Source of the DNA: Nitrososphaeria archaeon
Lineage (GTDB): Archaea; Thermoproteota; Nitrososphaeria; JACIWG01
Direction of reading: 5' to 3'
DNA: 64,000 nt
NCBI GenBank assembly: GCA_963760525.1
Contig: CAVXDT010000009.1
Coordinates: 15,611 to 79,610, forward strand
Positions 9,443 to 18,953 of the stretch are shown here, one piece after another. Made by a program: the position numbers and the translations under genes. The notes below the pieces were generated by a model. That model saw nothing but the letters and a program-made list of their open reading frames with translations, was not told where the DNA came from and searched no databases. The stretch's first letter is position 1; each line of letters starts with the position of its first letter.

Positions 9443-10537
9443 ATGGAAAAACCTAAATTTGCCATAATTGGCGCGGGGCATGGAGGCCATGTTTTCGCAG
9501 CCCACCTAGGCATTATGGGTTATAACGTAAAGATATACGATATCGATGAGAGAGCTATTGGGCCGATACAGGAGAAGGGTGGAATAGAGCTGTCAGGTGT
9601 CCTTCAAGGATTCGGGAAGGTTGAGCTCGCTTCAACAAACATAAGAGAGGTTATCGAGGGTGCAGATGTCATAATGGTCGTAGTTCCTGCCTCCTCCCAC
9701 AGGAATGTTGCGGAGAGTTTGGCTCCGCACGTAGTGGATGGGCAAATAATTGTGTTAAACCCAGGCCGCACCTTCGGAGCACTCGAAGTCAAAAACATCT
9801 TAGATAGTAGACAGGTTGGGGAAAAAGTAACTATTGCAGAAGCCCAAACGCTAATCTACCTTGCCAGGCGTACCGGACCAGCTCAAGCGCGGATGCTTGC
9901 CCTCAAGAAGGAAGGAAGCATTCCGTTAGCAGCTATCCCATCAAGAGAAACCAATAAAGTGTTGAAAGTTTTGAATACGCCGTTTCCGACATATGGCAAA
10001 GCTAACAATGTTCTTGACACGAGCATGAATAACTTTGGAGCTATTGTTCACACGACCCCCCTTGTTTTCAATGCTGGTCGCGCAGAGTCCAAGTCACCTT
10101 TCAAGTGGTATCATGAAGGGATAACGAAATCCGTGGCAGATGTTCTGGAAGTACTGGATCGGGAACGCATGAATGTCTCAGAAGCTGTAGGAGCGGACAC
10201 GTATTCCTTGCAGGAATACATCTATCACGCCTATGGCGTAAGAGGGGCAACTGCGTACGAAGCAATCCAAAACACCGCTGCCTACGGAGGAGTCATGGGC
10301 CCAGATACACTTCAGCACAGATTCATGTTTGAAGACATTCCAACAGGCTTGGTTCCGTTCGCGTCCCTCGGAGAACTCTTGAACGTTCCTGCACCGAACA
10401 TAAAACTGATCATACAGGTAGCATCACTACTGGTCAAAGCGGACCTCTGGCACATGGGAAGAACAGTTCAGAAACTGGGGCTAGCAGGCCTGAGCGCCAA
10501 GGAGATACAGAAGCTTGTAATCGAAGGCAAAATATAA
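9443..10537 (+). CDS. NAD(P)-dependent opine (octopine/nopaline) dehydrogenase family
   Basis: GAGHGG Rossmann, LNPGRTFGALE, NNFGAIVH, LDRERM, HRFMFEDIPTGLVP. Confidence 0.9.
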   Translation: MEKPKFAIIGAGHGGHVFAAHLGIMGYNVKIYDIDERAIGPIQEKGGIELSGVLQGFGKVELASTNIREVIEGADVIMVVVPASSHRNVAESLAPHVVDGQIIVLNPGRTFGALEVKNILDSRQVGEKVTIAEAQTLIYLARRTGPAQARMLALKKEGSIPLAAIPSRETNKVLKVLNTPFPTYGKANNVLDTSMNNFGAIVHTTPLVFNAGRAESKSPFKWYHEGITKSVADVLEVLDRERMNVSEAVGADTYSLQEYIYHAYGVRGATAYEAIQNTAAYGGVMGPDTLQHRFMFEDIPTGLVPFASLGELLNVPAPNIKLIIQVASLLVKADLWHMGRTVQKLGLAGLSAKEIQKLVIEGKI

Positions 10538-10666
10538 GCCTAGAACTGCCCATTTAGCTGACATAACAAAATAGGATGCACAAAAAATACCCCCCTTCTA
10601 CCTATTCCATTTATTATCTCTTTTCATACAAAAAAAGGAGGAATGGTTAGCTGTGTTATGTTTTTC

Positions 10667-11428
10667 CTACTTTCTCCTCTTCTTCTTTTCCAAGTAGAAG
10701 ATTCCAGCTGCTGGAACGATCAAGACTCCTGAGAACAGTAGACCGTACTTCGAGAGTAGACTTTGTGGTTCGCTGGAGACAACTAGTTCGCCGCCGACAG
10801 GAGCTGGTCCATAGTGGCATACGTTATCCGTCCAACCCCAAGCAGAAATCTTGTCATCTTCAAGATAGTGACCCTCCACTTCATACCAGAAGACCTTCGG
10901 GTTGGGATCGTAAGCGTTCGCCCTAAAGGAGAAGCCATAAGCACGCTCTCCGAAAACAATAGGATCAAGCAAAGGCGGTCCGGGGTAATAAGGGTCAGTT
11001 GTTCCCTGAAAACCAGTTATTGAAGGATCTATGTTTCTAGCATCAGCCAAAGGCAGTACTGAATTGATGGGAAGATTCATAGTTAGGGTCCAAGATGAGT
11101 GGCCAGCAAATCTGGTGAAGGAACCCACTGTTGTTGACGAATAGCTAAATCTGGTTTCAATGCCAACCCACCAAATGTTCACGGTTTCCACGTTAAAGCA
11201 AATCTGGTAGGAGTAAGTCCAAGTTCCATCAAGGTTATCCGTTATCTTTTCCAATACGCTAATTCTTGGCGGATGGTCAGCCACCATGCTACTTGCTTGC
11301 ACATCACTTTGTGAGACACCAAGGAATGGATCTTGTTGTGATTCAGCGAAAACGGGAACTGCAGAAAAGGATAAGAACACAACTAGTAAGACCGCAAATA
11401 TCATCATGACACGTTTGTACTCTGTCAA
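10667..11428 (-). CDS. Exported cell-surface protein with C-terminal PVGG-TM-basic tail
   Basis: Signal peptide KRVMMIFAVLLVVFLSFSAVPVFA; ends PAPVGGELVV...YGLLFSGVLIVPAAGIFYLEKKKRRK; TTG start at 11428 chosen because AAAGGTTTAAATA promoter lies inside the longer ORF. Confidence 0.75.
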   Translation of the reverse strand: MTEYKRVMMIFAVLLVVFLSFSAVPVFAESQQDPFLGVSQSDVQASSMVADHPPRISVLEKITDNLDGTWTYSYQICFNVETVNIWWVGIETRFSYSSTTVGSFTRFAGHSSWTLTMNLPINSVLPLADARNIDPSITGFQGTTDPYYPGPPLLDPIVFGERAYGFSFRANAYDPNPKVFWYEVEGHYLEDDKISAWGWTDNVCHYGPAPVGGELVVSSEPQSLLSKYGLLFSGVLIVPAAGIFYLEKKKRRK

Positions 11429-11651
11429 ACCATCACTTAACGTGCAATCGACGCTGACAGTATTTAAACCTTTGGCTTGATGGAAAAGGTTTTCGCACAC
11501 GGTCTACTGATTTTTGCTCTGGACAACGTCGCAAGAAGAATATAAAACAACTGCAAAAACGAATCAAAAAATCGTTATGTGATTTTACTTTTTCTTGTGT
11601 GTTCCTACTAATCTGTCAACCTTTCTAAACAAAGAAATAACAGTCAACTAT

Positions 11652-13541
11652 CTATTTGCCACCACTAATTGCGATGTCTTTAACAGATGGAAATCTACTT
11701 AGATCTTCATGCGGGATCAGCATAGCTTTCAAGAATTCCTTGCTAAAATCGGGGTTTGCACCCAGTTCCAGATAACGAACTTTCTTCGATATCTCATCAG
11801 CATCTCTTCTGGCTTCTTTGGAGATTAAGGCCATCTTAGCACCCGTTACAGCAGTATTACCGACAAGCCTTATCTTCTTCGTGGACACATCTGGTATCAA
11901 ACCGATGAGTTTCGCGTTTTCAGGATTGATGTAGGTTCCGAAGGCACCAGCGATAAAGACTCTGTCAATCTCCCTTTCCCTAACATTTTTGTCCTTCATT
12001 AATATTGAGCATCCCGTGTATATGGCTGCCTTCGCAAGCTGTATCTCACGGACATCCTTCTGGGTTACTGTAATCTCTCTACCCGTAGCTGTTCCGTGGC
12101 CCCAGGCTATGACGAACTCAACTTCACCAGCGCTCTCCCTAACTCTTGGAGTTTCCATTTGGCGGTTAAATCTTCCTTGGCGGTCTATGATTCCACGCTT
12201 GAACATTTCCGCAACAGCGTCAATCATGGCTGATCCACATAACCCAGTAGGCTTCTCATTCCCTATTGTCTCATATTCAACCTCAAAATCTGAGCTTATG
12301 CGGACTCTTTCTATGGCACCTTCAACAGCCTTCATACCATGTTTTATGTGCATTCCTTCAAAGGCGGGTCCAGAAGCGCAGGAACATGAAAGCAAATCAT
12401 TAGTATTCCCGATAAAGACTTCAGTGTTCGTCCCTATATCGACAAGCAGCGAGAGCTCATCGGACTCGTATATCCCAGTAGCCAAAACATCGGCAACAGC
12501 ATCAGCCCCGACGAACCCCGCAACAATCGGTAGAACAGTAACGATGCCAGAAGGATTCACATTTATGTTCAGTTCCCTAGCTTCAACATTAACCTGTCTT
12601 TTCACCGCTGGTACAAAGGGTGATAGTGCAGTATACTTCGGCTGTATTGCTAGAAGAAAGTGGTGCATCGCTGTGTTACCGACAACTACGACTTCGTATA
12701 TTTTCTTCGAATTTATCCTAGTTCTTCTACATACCTCATCTAGAATCTCGTTTATTGCTTCTACAACAAGTTTCTGCAGCAGCTTCAGATTCTCAGGTTT
12801 AGCTGTTGCAAACGTTATTCTCGTCATTATGTCTTCGCCATACATGATTTGAGGGTTTTCAACTGATCCTGTATCTAGAATCTCAGCAGTTGTCAAGTCC
12901 ACCAAGTAACCAACAATCTTTGAAGTACCTACATCGACAGCGAAGCCGAACAGCCCGTTTGAAACATTCCTTGGCTCAACAGAGATAACTCTTTGGTTAT
13001 TCCAAATGGTTACGGTCAAGTCGAAACTTGAATTGCGAATAATATCAGGCAGCCTCTTAAGAATCGCGTAGTCGATCTCCAGGTTATCAACCTTTGTCAC
13101 ACTAGATAATGAATCAAGAATCCTTTCATAATCCGGCCTTATATTCGATAATGTAGGCTTCAGCAATACGACATCAAATTTTTCCACAGCTGGATTTAAC
13201 TCCACTGACCTTTCTGCTCCAGTAATCTGAATTTTACGAAAACCCAGCCTGCTCTTGGGTGGGATTAATATGGTAACGTCCCCTAATGCCTTAGCCTGGC
13301 AAGCTAATCTGTAGCCAGCCCCGATTTCCGACTCAGATAGATGCTTTTTTTCAGCTTCAGTGAACTTGCTCAACGCCTTAGAGTTGGCAACCACTCTACA
13401 TTTTCCGCATAAGCCTTTTCCACCACATTCAGATCTGATGCCAGCCCCAGCTTTCTTGGCCACTTGGAAGATTACAGTTCCACTTGGCGTTCTTATCTTT
13501 TTCCCTTCAGGCTCAAAGACTACTGTTATATCGGTCATCAT
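11652..13541 (-). CDS. Corrinoid reductive activase (RACo/DUF4445 ASKHA ATPase with N-terminal 2Fe-2S)
   Basis: CGGKGLCGKC...RLACQ, DVGTS, GNTAMHH, DIGTN, GPAFEG, GLCGS, QLAKAA, AGAFG. Confidence 0.92.
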   Translation of the reverse strand: MMTDITVVFEPEGKKIRTPSGTVIFQVAKKAGAGIRSECGGKGLCGKCRVVANSKALSKFTEAEKKHLSESEIGAGYRLACQAKALGDVTILIPPKSRLGFRKIQITGAERSVELNPAVEKFDVVLLKPTLSNIRPDYERILDSLSSVTKVDNLEIDYAILKRLPDIIRNSSFDLTVTIWNNQRVISVEPRNVSNGLFGFAVDVGTSKIVGYLVDLTTAEILDTGSVENPQIMYGEDIMTRITFATAKPENLKLLQKLVVEAINEILDEVCRRTRINSKKIYEVVVVGNTAMHHFLLAIQPKYTALSPFVPAVKRQVNVEARELNINVNPSGIVTVLPIVAGFVGADAVADVLATGIYESDELSLLVDIGTNTEVFIGNTNDLLSCSCASGPAFEGMHIKHGMKAVEGAIERVRISSDFEVEYETIGNEKPTGLCGSAMIDAVAEMFKRGIIDRQGRFNRQMETPRVRESAGEVEFVIAWGHGTATGREITVTQKDVREIQLAKAAIYTGCSILMKDKNVREREIDRVFIAGAFGTYINPENAKLIGLIPDVSTKKIRLVGNTAVTGAKMALISKEARRDADEISKKVRYLELGANPDFSKEFLKAMLIPHEDLSRFPSVKDIAISGGK

Positions 13542-13734
13542 GATATGCCTCGATTCACGTCTTGAGTATAAATTCCTTCAGGTTTATGGCATTCACTGTT
13601 GGAAGAATATTGAATAAGACACAAATGGACATGCCATAATTTGTCATGAGGTTAGTTGTAACAGTATTCATTGCTGGTTTTCTATTGTTAAACAAGTAGA
13701 AAAAAGGTGATGGGGATGATGATGATGCCAGACG

Positions 13735-14082
13735 TTAGAACAAAAGTTTCAGTATTCCGAACCCAAGAAGTGCCAGTATAGCGACTATCACTACGAAGAA
13801 TATCACTGCAACAATAGCTATCACAAATGCTTTTAGCCATCCACAGTCGAAGAAGTGTTTAATCAGTGCAAGCCAAATTACGAACATGATAAGTGCTGAT
13901 GCCAAGGTTCCGAAGAGAGCGCCGACTACCGCACCTGCTACTGTTCCCATAACTACTATCCATATTGCGTCTGTGAATTTTGCTTTTTCCTTCCCAACGA
14001 GCGCCCTTCCAGCTAGCCAGAGAACTGGCGCGATAATGATGACCCCCACGACAACCTGAATCAATAACGCAACGAGGTCCAT
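13735..14082 (-). CDS. Small 4-TM membrane protein of unknown function
   Basis: Four hydrophobic segments; GGTAGTGAG upstream of ATG; T-tract downstream. Confidence 0.75.
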   Translation of the reverse strand: MDLVALLIQVVVGVIIIAPVLWLAGRALVGKEKAKFTDAIWIVVMGTVAGAVVGALFGTLASALIMFVIWLALIKHFFDCGWLKAFVIAIVAVIFFVVIVAILALLGFGILKLLF

Positions 14083-14147
14083 TCCTCACTACCTTCGCTA
14101 ACTAGATTTGTGCGCTTCCCTTTAAGTTTATAGTCGCTCTTGCTAGT

Positions 14148-14201
14148 TGATTTCATAAGATTTGTTCCTAAAGCTTAAATATAGAATACGTGATTTCATA
14201 A
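14148..14201 (+). promoter_or_regulatory. TATA box flanked by an 11-bp direct repeat
   Basis: TGATTTCATAA at 14148-14158 and 14191-14201 around AAAGCTTAAATA (14170-14181). Confidence 0.5.
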
Positions 14202-14216
14202 AACAAGTGAACTGTT

Positions 14217-15278
14217 TTGAGAAAGACTATGAAAGCAGCATTTAAAACACGCAAAGGAGATTTTGAGATAAAAGAAGTGCCCATTCCGGAAGTCACTCGC
14301 CCAGATTATGCTCTGGCAAAGGTAAAAGCAGCAGGCGTATGTGGCAGCGACCTTGGCTTCTGGAAAAGATCTTCAATATTCGATGGCATGATAACAGGAC
14401 ATGAACTCGCAGGTGAAGTCGTCGAAGTAGGAGACAACGTGAAGAATATCAAGAAAGGTGATAGAGTAGCAATTGAATCGCTTGTGGGATGTGGACATTG
14501 CTTCTGGTGCAGGGTAGGACAGTACCATCTTTGCCCAGAACTCTTCGATCTACGATTCGCAACCTTGTCCAGAGCATTCTCCGAATATGTTGCAGGTCCA
14601 GCAAAGAACTTCTACAAGATACCCGAGCATGTTCCCTTTGACGAGGCAGCCATACTCGACGTTTACGGCACGAGCGTTCACGCATGCAACCGTACAAACA
14701 TAAGGATGGATGAAACCGTCGTTATCATAGGAGCAGGACCTATCGGCCTTACAATGCTTGAACTTGCCAATGTAGCTGGAGCGAAAGCGATCGTTACAGG
14801 AGTATATGAGTATCAGCTGGATCTGGCAAAGAAACTAGGCGCATATTCTGTCATCAACAGCAGGAAGCAAGACGCTCTGAAGAAGATACTTGAATTAACG
14901 GACGGGAGAGGAGCTGACAAGATTTACGAATGTGTAGGAGGAAAACACGCTCCCACAACTATGCAGGAAGCAACATCCTACGTGCGAAGTGGAGGGAAAA
15001 TTGCAATTCTCGGACTGCTTGGCGAAGACTTGCCTCCCATGAAGTTCAACTGGTCTAAAATCGTTTTACAAGAAGTCGATATAGTACCCGTAATGAGTTT
15101 TTCGCATTGGGGAAATGACAGCGAATTCAAAATTGTCTTGGACCTATTGATAAACGGGAAGCTAGATGCGAAGAGCCTTATCACACACAGATTTCCGTTG
15201 GAGAAGATAAACGAAGCCTTCGAAGTAGCTGCGGATAAGAAGGTGACGAAAGCCATAAAGGTAGTATTGGTTTCCTGA
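14217..15278 (+). CDS. Zn-dependent alcohol/sugar dehydrogenase (MDR family)
   Basis: CGSD, GHE, CGHCFWC...C, GAGPIG. Confidence 0.92.
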   Translation: MRKTMKAAFKTRKGDFEIKEVPIPEVTRPDYALAKVKAAGVCGSDLGFWKRSSIFDGMITGHELAGEVVEVGDNVKNIKKGDRVAIESLVGCGHCFWCRVGQYHLCPELFDLRFATLSRAFSEYVAGPAKNFYKIPEHVPFDEAAILDVYGTSVHACNRTNIRMDETVVIIGAGPIGLTMLELANVAGAKAIVTGVYEYQLDLAKKLGAYSVINSRKQDALKKILELTDGRGADKIYECVGGKHAPTTMQEATSYVRSGGKIAILGLLGEDLPPMKFNWSKIVLQEVDIVPVMSFSHWGNDSEFKIVLDLLINGKLDAKSLITHRFPLEKINEAFEVAADKKVTKAIKVVLVS

Positions 15279-15377
15279 CCAATCTTTACCGCCTCCTTCC
15301 TTTTTGTTCAAATCACGAACGTCAATATGTAAAAAGCATGATTGAATGTTGACATAGAGCTTCCAGTGAAGAATTCT

Positions 15378-16085
15378 CTAGGTTGAATTCCATTTGTGAG
15401 ATTTCTTTAGGTTGAACAATACTGTTGTGAAGACAAATCCAAACAATAGATTTAGGAATCTGGATAGATCATAAAACATGGATGACGAGATTTCGGTTAG
15501 AAGCGTGGAAAAAGTTAACACAAGTATGGACAAGCTAAGAAGTGTAGACACAACAAGGTATTGTCTGTGCGACCATTTCAGTCTCATGAAAGCATATAGC
15601 AACAGGCCTAATGCAAACCCTAAGATTGCATAAACGACAACTTGAAAACCAGACAATCTTGGAATATGCAAATTGTAGCCATATAGAATAAGATACATCA
15701 ATACATTTACTGTGATAGTTGAAACTATTGGAATTAACCATGCAAGCTTCACCACTTTATCTAGTAGAACTATATCTGAGCTCACACTAAACATCCTTGA
15801 GAGAGATATGGCCAAAAAGAGGATTATTATCAAAAATATGGTAGAAAAGACATTCATGAAAACGCTGAAGATACTCGTCTGCAAGAAAATCGATGTGATG
15901 ATCCCTAACGGATTCTTAGAGGAAAGTTCAAACTGATAGGCAATATCACCATTCAGAATCAACCATATGTTTACACCTATGAGAATTGCAAGTAGAACTA
16001 TGTAAAAGAGAAAAACAGACTTGTATTCACGCAAATACTCCCTTGGAATAATTTTTCTAGAATTGGGAGTAAGGCTTTCCTGCAT
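15378..16085 (-). CDS. Rhomboid-fold membrane protein lacking catalytic residues
   Basis: About 6 TM; PLGIITSIFLQ...N, GFQVVVYAILG and SRFLNLLFG align with rhomboid motifs but without the Ser/His dyad. Confidence 0.6.
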   Translation of the reverse strand: MQESLTPNSRKIIPREYLREYKSVFLFYIVLLAILIGVNIWLILNGDIAYQFELSSKNPLGIITSIFLQTSIFSVFMNVFSTIFLIIILFLAISLSRMFSVSSDIVLLDKVVKLAWLIPIVSTITVNVLMYLILYGYNLHIPRLSGFQVVVYAILGFALGLLLYAFMRLKWSHRQYLVVSTLLSLSILVLTFSTLLTEISSSMFYDLSRFLNLLFGFVFTTVLFNLKKSHKWNST

Positions 16086-16231
16086 TAGCGCGTGAGTTGT
16101 TTTTATCTTATATAATGTTGTCGTTTGTATAAGACCATATTAGTCTATGAATGACAACACAATAATAACAGCGTTTTAGTTCAGGCTTCTAGATCAACCT
16201 AAGAGAATGGTGGCATGCATTATTTATTTTA

Positions 16232-16717
16232 TTATTCGCTTACTTGGGAGACAGTAGCACTGTTTATGGACACGATTTCATCAGGTCTTATTTCAAGCAA
16301 AGCATGCCCTATTCCTCCACCACCTACTACAGAATTGAGCTTCATCAAGCCCTCATCCACTATTATGGGCACCTTGTTCTTATGGCAGATTGGGGGAACT
16401 CCACCAACCTCGTATCCCAAGATCTCTTTTACCTCTTTCGCCTTCGCAATCCTCATATGTTTCATACCTAATAATTTTCCTACCTTCTCCAAAGAAACCC
16501 GTTTGTCACCTCCATTGATTATCAGAAATGGCTCGTTCAATTCACTCATGAGAAGGAGGCTCTTCGCGATCTTGCACTTGGGGATGTTCAGCTGTGCTAC
16601 TGCAGCATCAACTGTCATCGTGTGCTTTTCAAAATAGAGTATTTTGGCATCTACCTTGTTCTTTGTTATGAATTCTTGAAGCTCTTTGTCGCTTAGCACC
16701 GTAGTACCACATGACAC
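16232..16717 (-). CDS. YbaK/EbsC aminoacyl-tRNA deacylase
   Basis: TVDAAV, IAKSLL, GYEVGGVPP, GGGG. Confidence 0.9.
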   Translation of the reverse strand: MSCGTTVLSDKELQEFITKNKVDAKILYFEKHTMTVDAAVAQLNIPKCKIAKSLLLMSELNEPFLIINGGDKRVSLEKVGKLLGMKHMRIAKAKEVKEILGYEVGGVPPICHKNKVPIIVDEGLMKLNSVVGGGGIGHALLEIRPDEIVSINSATVSQVSE

Positions 16718-16804
16718 ATCTGCATTTGCATACTAAAACCTATTCTCTTCGAGTAATTCCTATTTAACATGAAAAGGTTTTACTAGGGCAAAAGGATTTA
16801 GTTA

Positions 16805-17866
16805 TTGTGTGTATGGCACTTGAAAGTAGCTGCGTATTATGGATTGAATGATTTCAGGATTGAAGATGTTCCAGTTCCTGGAGTGGGTGCTGAAGAGATA
16901 CTGGTTAGGGTCAAGGCGTGTGGGATCTGTTCTACAGACATCTTCAAAGCTAAATATGGTAAAGCCAAAGCTGGAGCAGTTCTTGGCCATGAAATTTCAG
17001 GGGAAGTTGCTGATGTAGGATCCAGAGTAGTAGGCTTCAAGGTTGGAGATAGAGTCGGAGTCCTACATCATGCCCCATGTGATACCTGCTACTTCTGCTC
17101 GAGGGGACAGGAGGACCTCTGTGACCAATATAGGCGAGGTGGGATAGTCCCAGGTGGTTTTTCAGAGTATATTCTGGTGTCGCCAGAGCTGGTGAAGAAG
17201 ACGGTGTTTAAGATTCCAGATAATATGACATATGTAGAAGCCACCTTGATGGAGCCAACCGCATGTAGTGTAAAGGCTCTATCTAAAAGCCAAATTTCAC
17301 CGGGTGACACTCTATTGGTTGTAGGAGATGGGCCGATGGGCATTCTCCTATCTACTCTCGCAAGATATTTTGGGGTATCACAAGTGATATTAGGCGGACA
17401 TCATGATAGTAGGATCAGAATAGCTGAGAAAGTAGGTGCTGACCACGCTTATAATTCTCAAAAGGTGAACTTGAGAGATCAAGTGAAGAATTTGACAAAC
17501 GGTAGAGGAGCGGACATAGTAATAGTTGCTGTGGCTTCGACAGTTTTGGTTCAAGAAGCCTTCAAGATGGTTAGGGACGGAGGAAAAATCTGCTTGTTCG
17601 GAGATTTTAGGGATGTTCCCGAGCCTCCTATTGAAGTCTTTCCGGACTCGATGATCAGCCAGAACAAATCGCTTTTCGGAAGCTGGGGATGTTCTCCAAA
17701 AGACTATCAGACCGCCTTAGACTTGATACGGATGAGCCGTGTTCCAGCAAAAGAACTGATAACACACGTTTTGCCTATTGAAAGTTTCAATGAAGCGCTT
17801 AGTCTGATAGAAAGAAAGGAAGAATGTTTAAGGGTAGTCATCCAACTTCAAGAAGGAAAAATCTAG
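16805..17866 (+). CDS. Zn-dependent dehydrogenase (sorbitol/iditol dehydrogenase-like)
   Basis: GICSTD, GHE, CDTCYFC...C, GDGPMG; true start probably a few codons downstream. Confidence 0.9.
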   Translation: MCVWHLKVAAYYGLNDFRIEDVPVPGVGAEEILVRVKACGICSTDIFKAKYGKAKAGAVLGHEISGEVADVGSRVVGFKVGDRVGVLHHAPCDTCYFCSRGQEDLCDQYRRGGIVPGGFSEYILVSPELVKKTVFKIPDNMTYVEATLMEPTACSVKALSKSQISPGDTLLVVGDGPMGILLSTLARYFGVSQVILGGHHDSRIRIAEKVGADHAYNSQKVNLRDQVKNLTNGRGADIVIVAVASTVLVQEAFKMVRDGGKICLFGDFRDVPEPPIEVFPDSMISQNKSLFGSWGCSPKDYQTALDLIRMSRVPAKELITHVLPIESFNEALSLIERKEECLRVVIQLQEGKI

Positions 17867-18201
17867 ACGAAAGCAGTTACATAGAGGACTGTCAATGTCT
17901 CCTTATTTGGATTACTTAAGCCATGAGGTACATCGCCTGAGACATAGAACACAGAGCCTTCTGATACAGCCTGCTCTTTATCTCCCACCATAATGATTCC
18001 CGATCCGGACATTACGTAGTAAATCTCTTCTTTTTCTGGATGAGTATGCTTTGGGAAGACGCCATTTGAAGGAATACGTAGAAAACCTAAACCCTCAAAC
18101 CTGCCCTCACCTGGCTTCTGTCTCATAATTCTCTTGATATCTGCAACACCTTTCGTATAGGGTTCAAAAGCTGCGTCCTTAGAGTTAATTATTCTCCACA
18201 T
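17863..18201 (-). CDS. Cupin domain protein
   Basis: HTHPEKEEIYYV and PHG metal motifs. Confidence 0.88.
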   Translation of the reverse strand: MWRIINSKDAAFEPYTKGVADIKRIMRQKPGEGRFEGLGFLRIPSNGVFPKHTHPEKEEIYYVMSGSGIIMVGDKEQAVSEGSVFYVSGDVPHGLSNPNKETLTVLYVTAFV

Positions 18202-18352
18202 ACCATCACCATCTCTTTAACATAAAACTGCAAATAACAATATAAATCTTCTTCTTTCCATTAAACTAAAGCACATTGCCTGACTTACTTTTGCTTAAAC
18301 ATAGGATAATCATCAAAGCGTGATTACTATGATTGCCCTTTGAATTCAACGC

Positions 18353-18679
18353 CTAGCCTTCCAGCCAAGTATCAAGTGTTCGTTCCCGGTCAGGAAGAGA
18401 TTTTCCAAAGCCCATGATAGAAAAAAGTTGTTCAAGACTCCTTAGAATCTTACTCTTAGATTTAATACGCTTATGTGAAAAGATCTTTTCAACCCTCTCT
18501 TCTGTTAAGCTTAGGAGAGCGTTCAGGTCTATATTGTCCCAAGAACCTCTAAAGCCAAGCTCTCTAAGGGTGAAGTGCTGCTTTAACTCCCTCTTAATGC
18601 TAGCGGAGATGTCTATAACGAGGTTTCTCTCCATAACATCCATGGAGAGAAAGTCCTTCCACCTGTACCTTCCCATCAA
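18353..18679 (-). CDS. Hypothetical protein with C-terminal PIP-box-like motif
   Basis: 108-aa ORF with upstream AAAGGTTTAT promoter; ends RERTLDTWLEG. Confidence 0.6.
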   Translation of the reverse strand: MMGRYRWKDFLSMDVMERNLVIDISASIKRELKQHFTLRELGFRGSWDNIDLNALLSLTEERVEKIFSHKRIKSKSKILRSLEQLFSIMGFGKSLPDRERTLDTWLEG

Positions 18680-18953
18680 TCATCCAAGAGGTTTTCCACC
18701 TACCATGGCATAAACCTTTGATTCAATGTGATCGTTACCAGCAAGACTGATAAACAATCTAAGAAAGAAACGTGAGTCTATGAGAATGTGGATTTGACAG
18801 AGGGATACTTCAAATGAAAACTAAACTGGTGGCGTACAAACTAGAAAAAGTGAATAATACTAAGTAAAGGACTAGACTTCATATTATAAGTAAAGCTATT
18901 CTAATATAATGGCATAATTCATTTTTACTTGCTTACATGATATAATAAGCTTA

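Noticed and set aside
11989-12852. Long antisense ORFs (287 aa here; also 32802..33281, 56366..56911)
   Set aside because: Shadows of well-supported genes, Ser/Pro/Thr-rich with no motifs
13708-13728. GAT triplet run
   Set aside because: Very short; part of the pyrimidine-rich 3' end of the minus-strand gene
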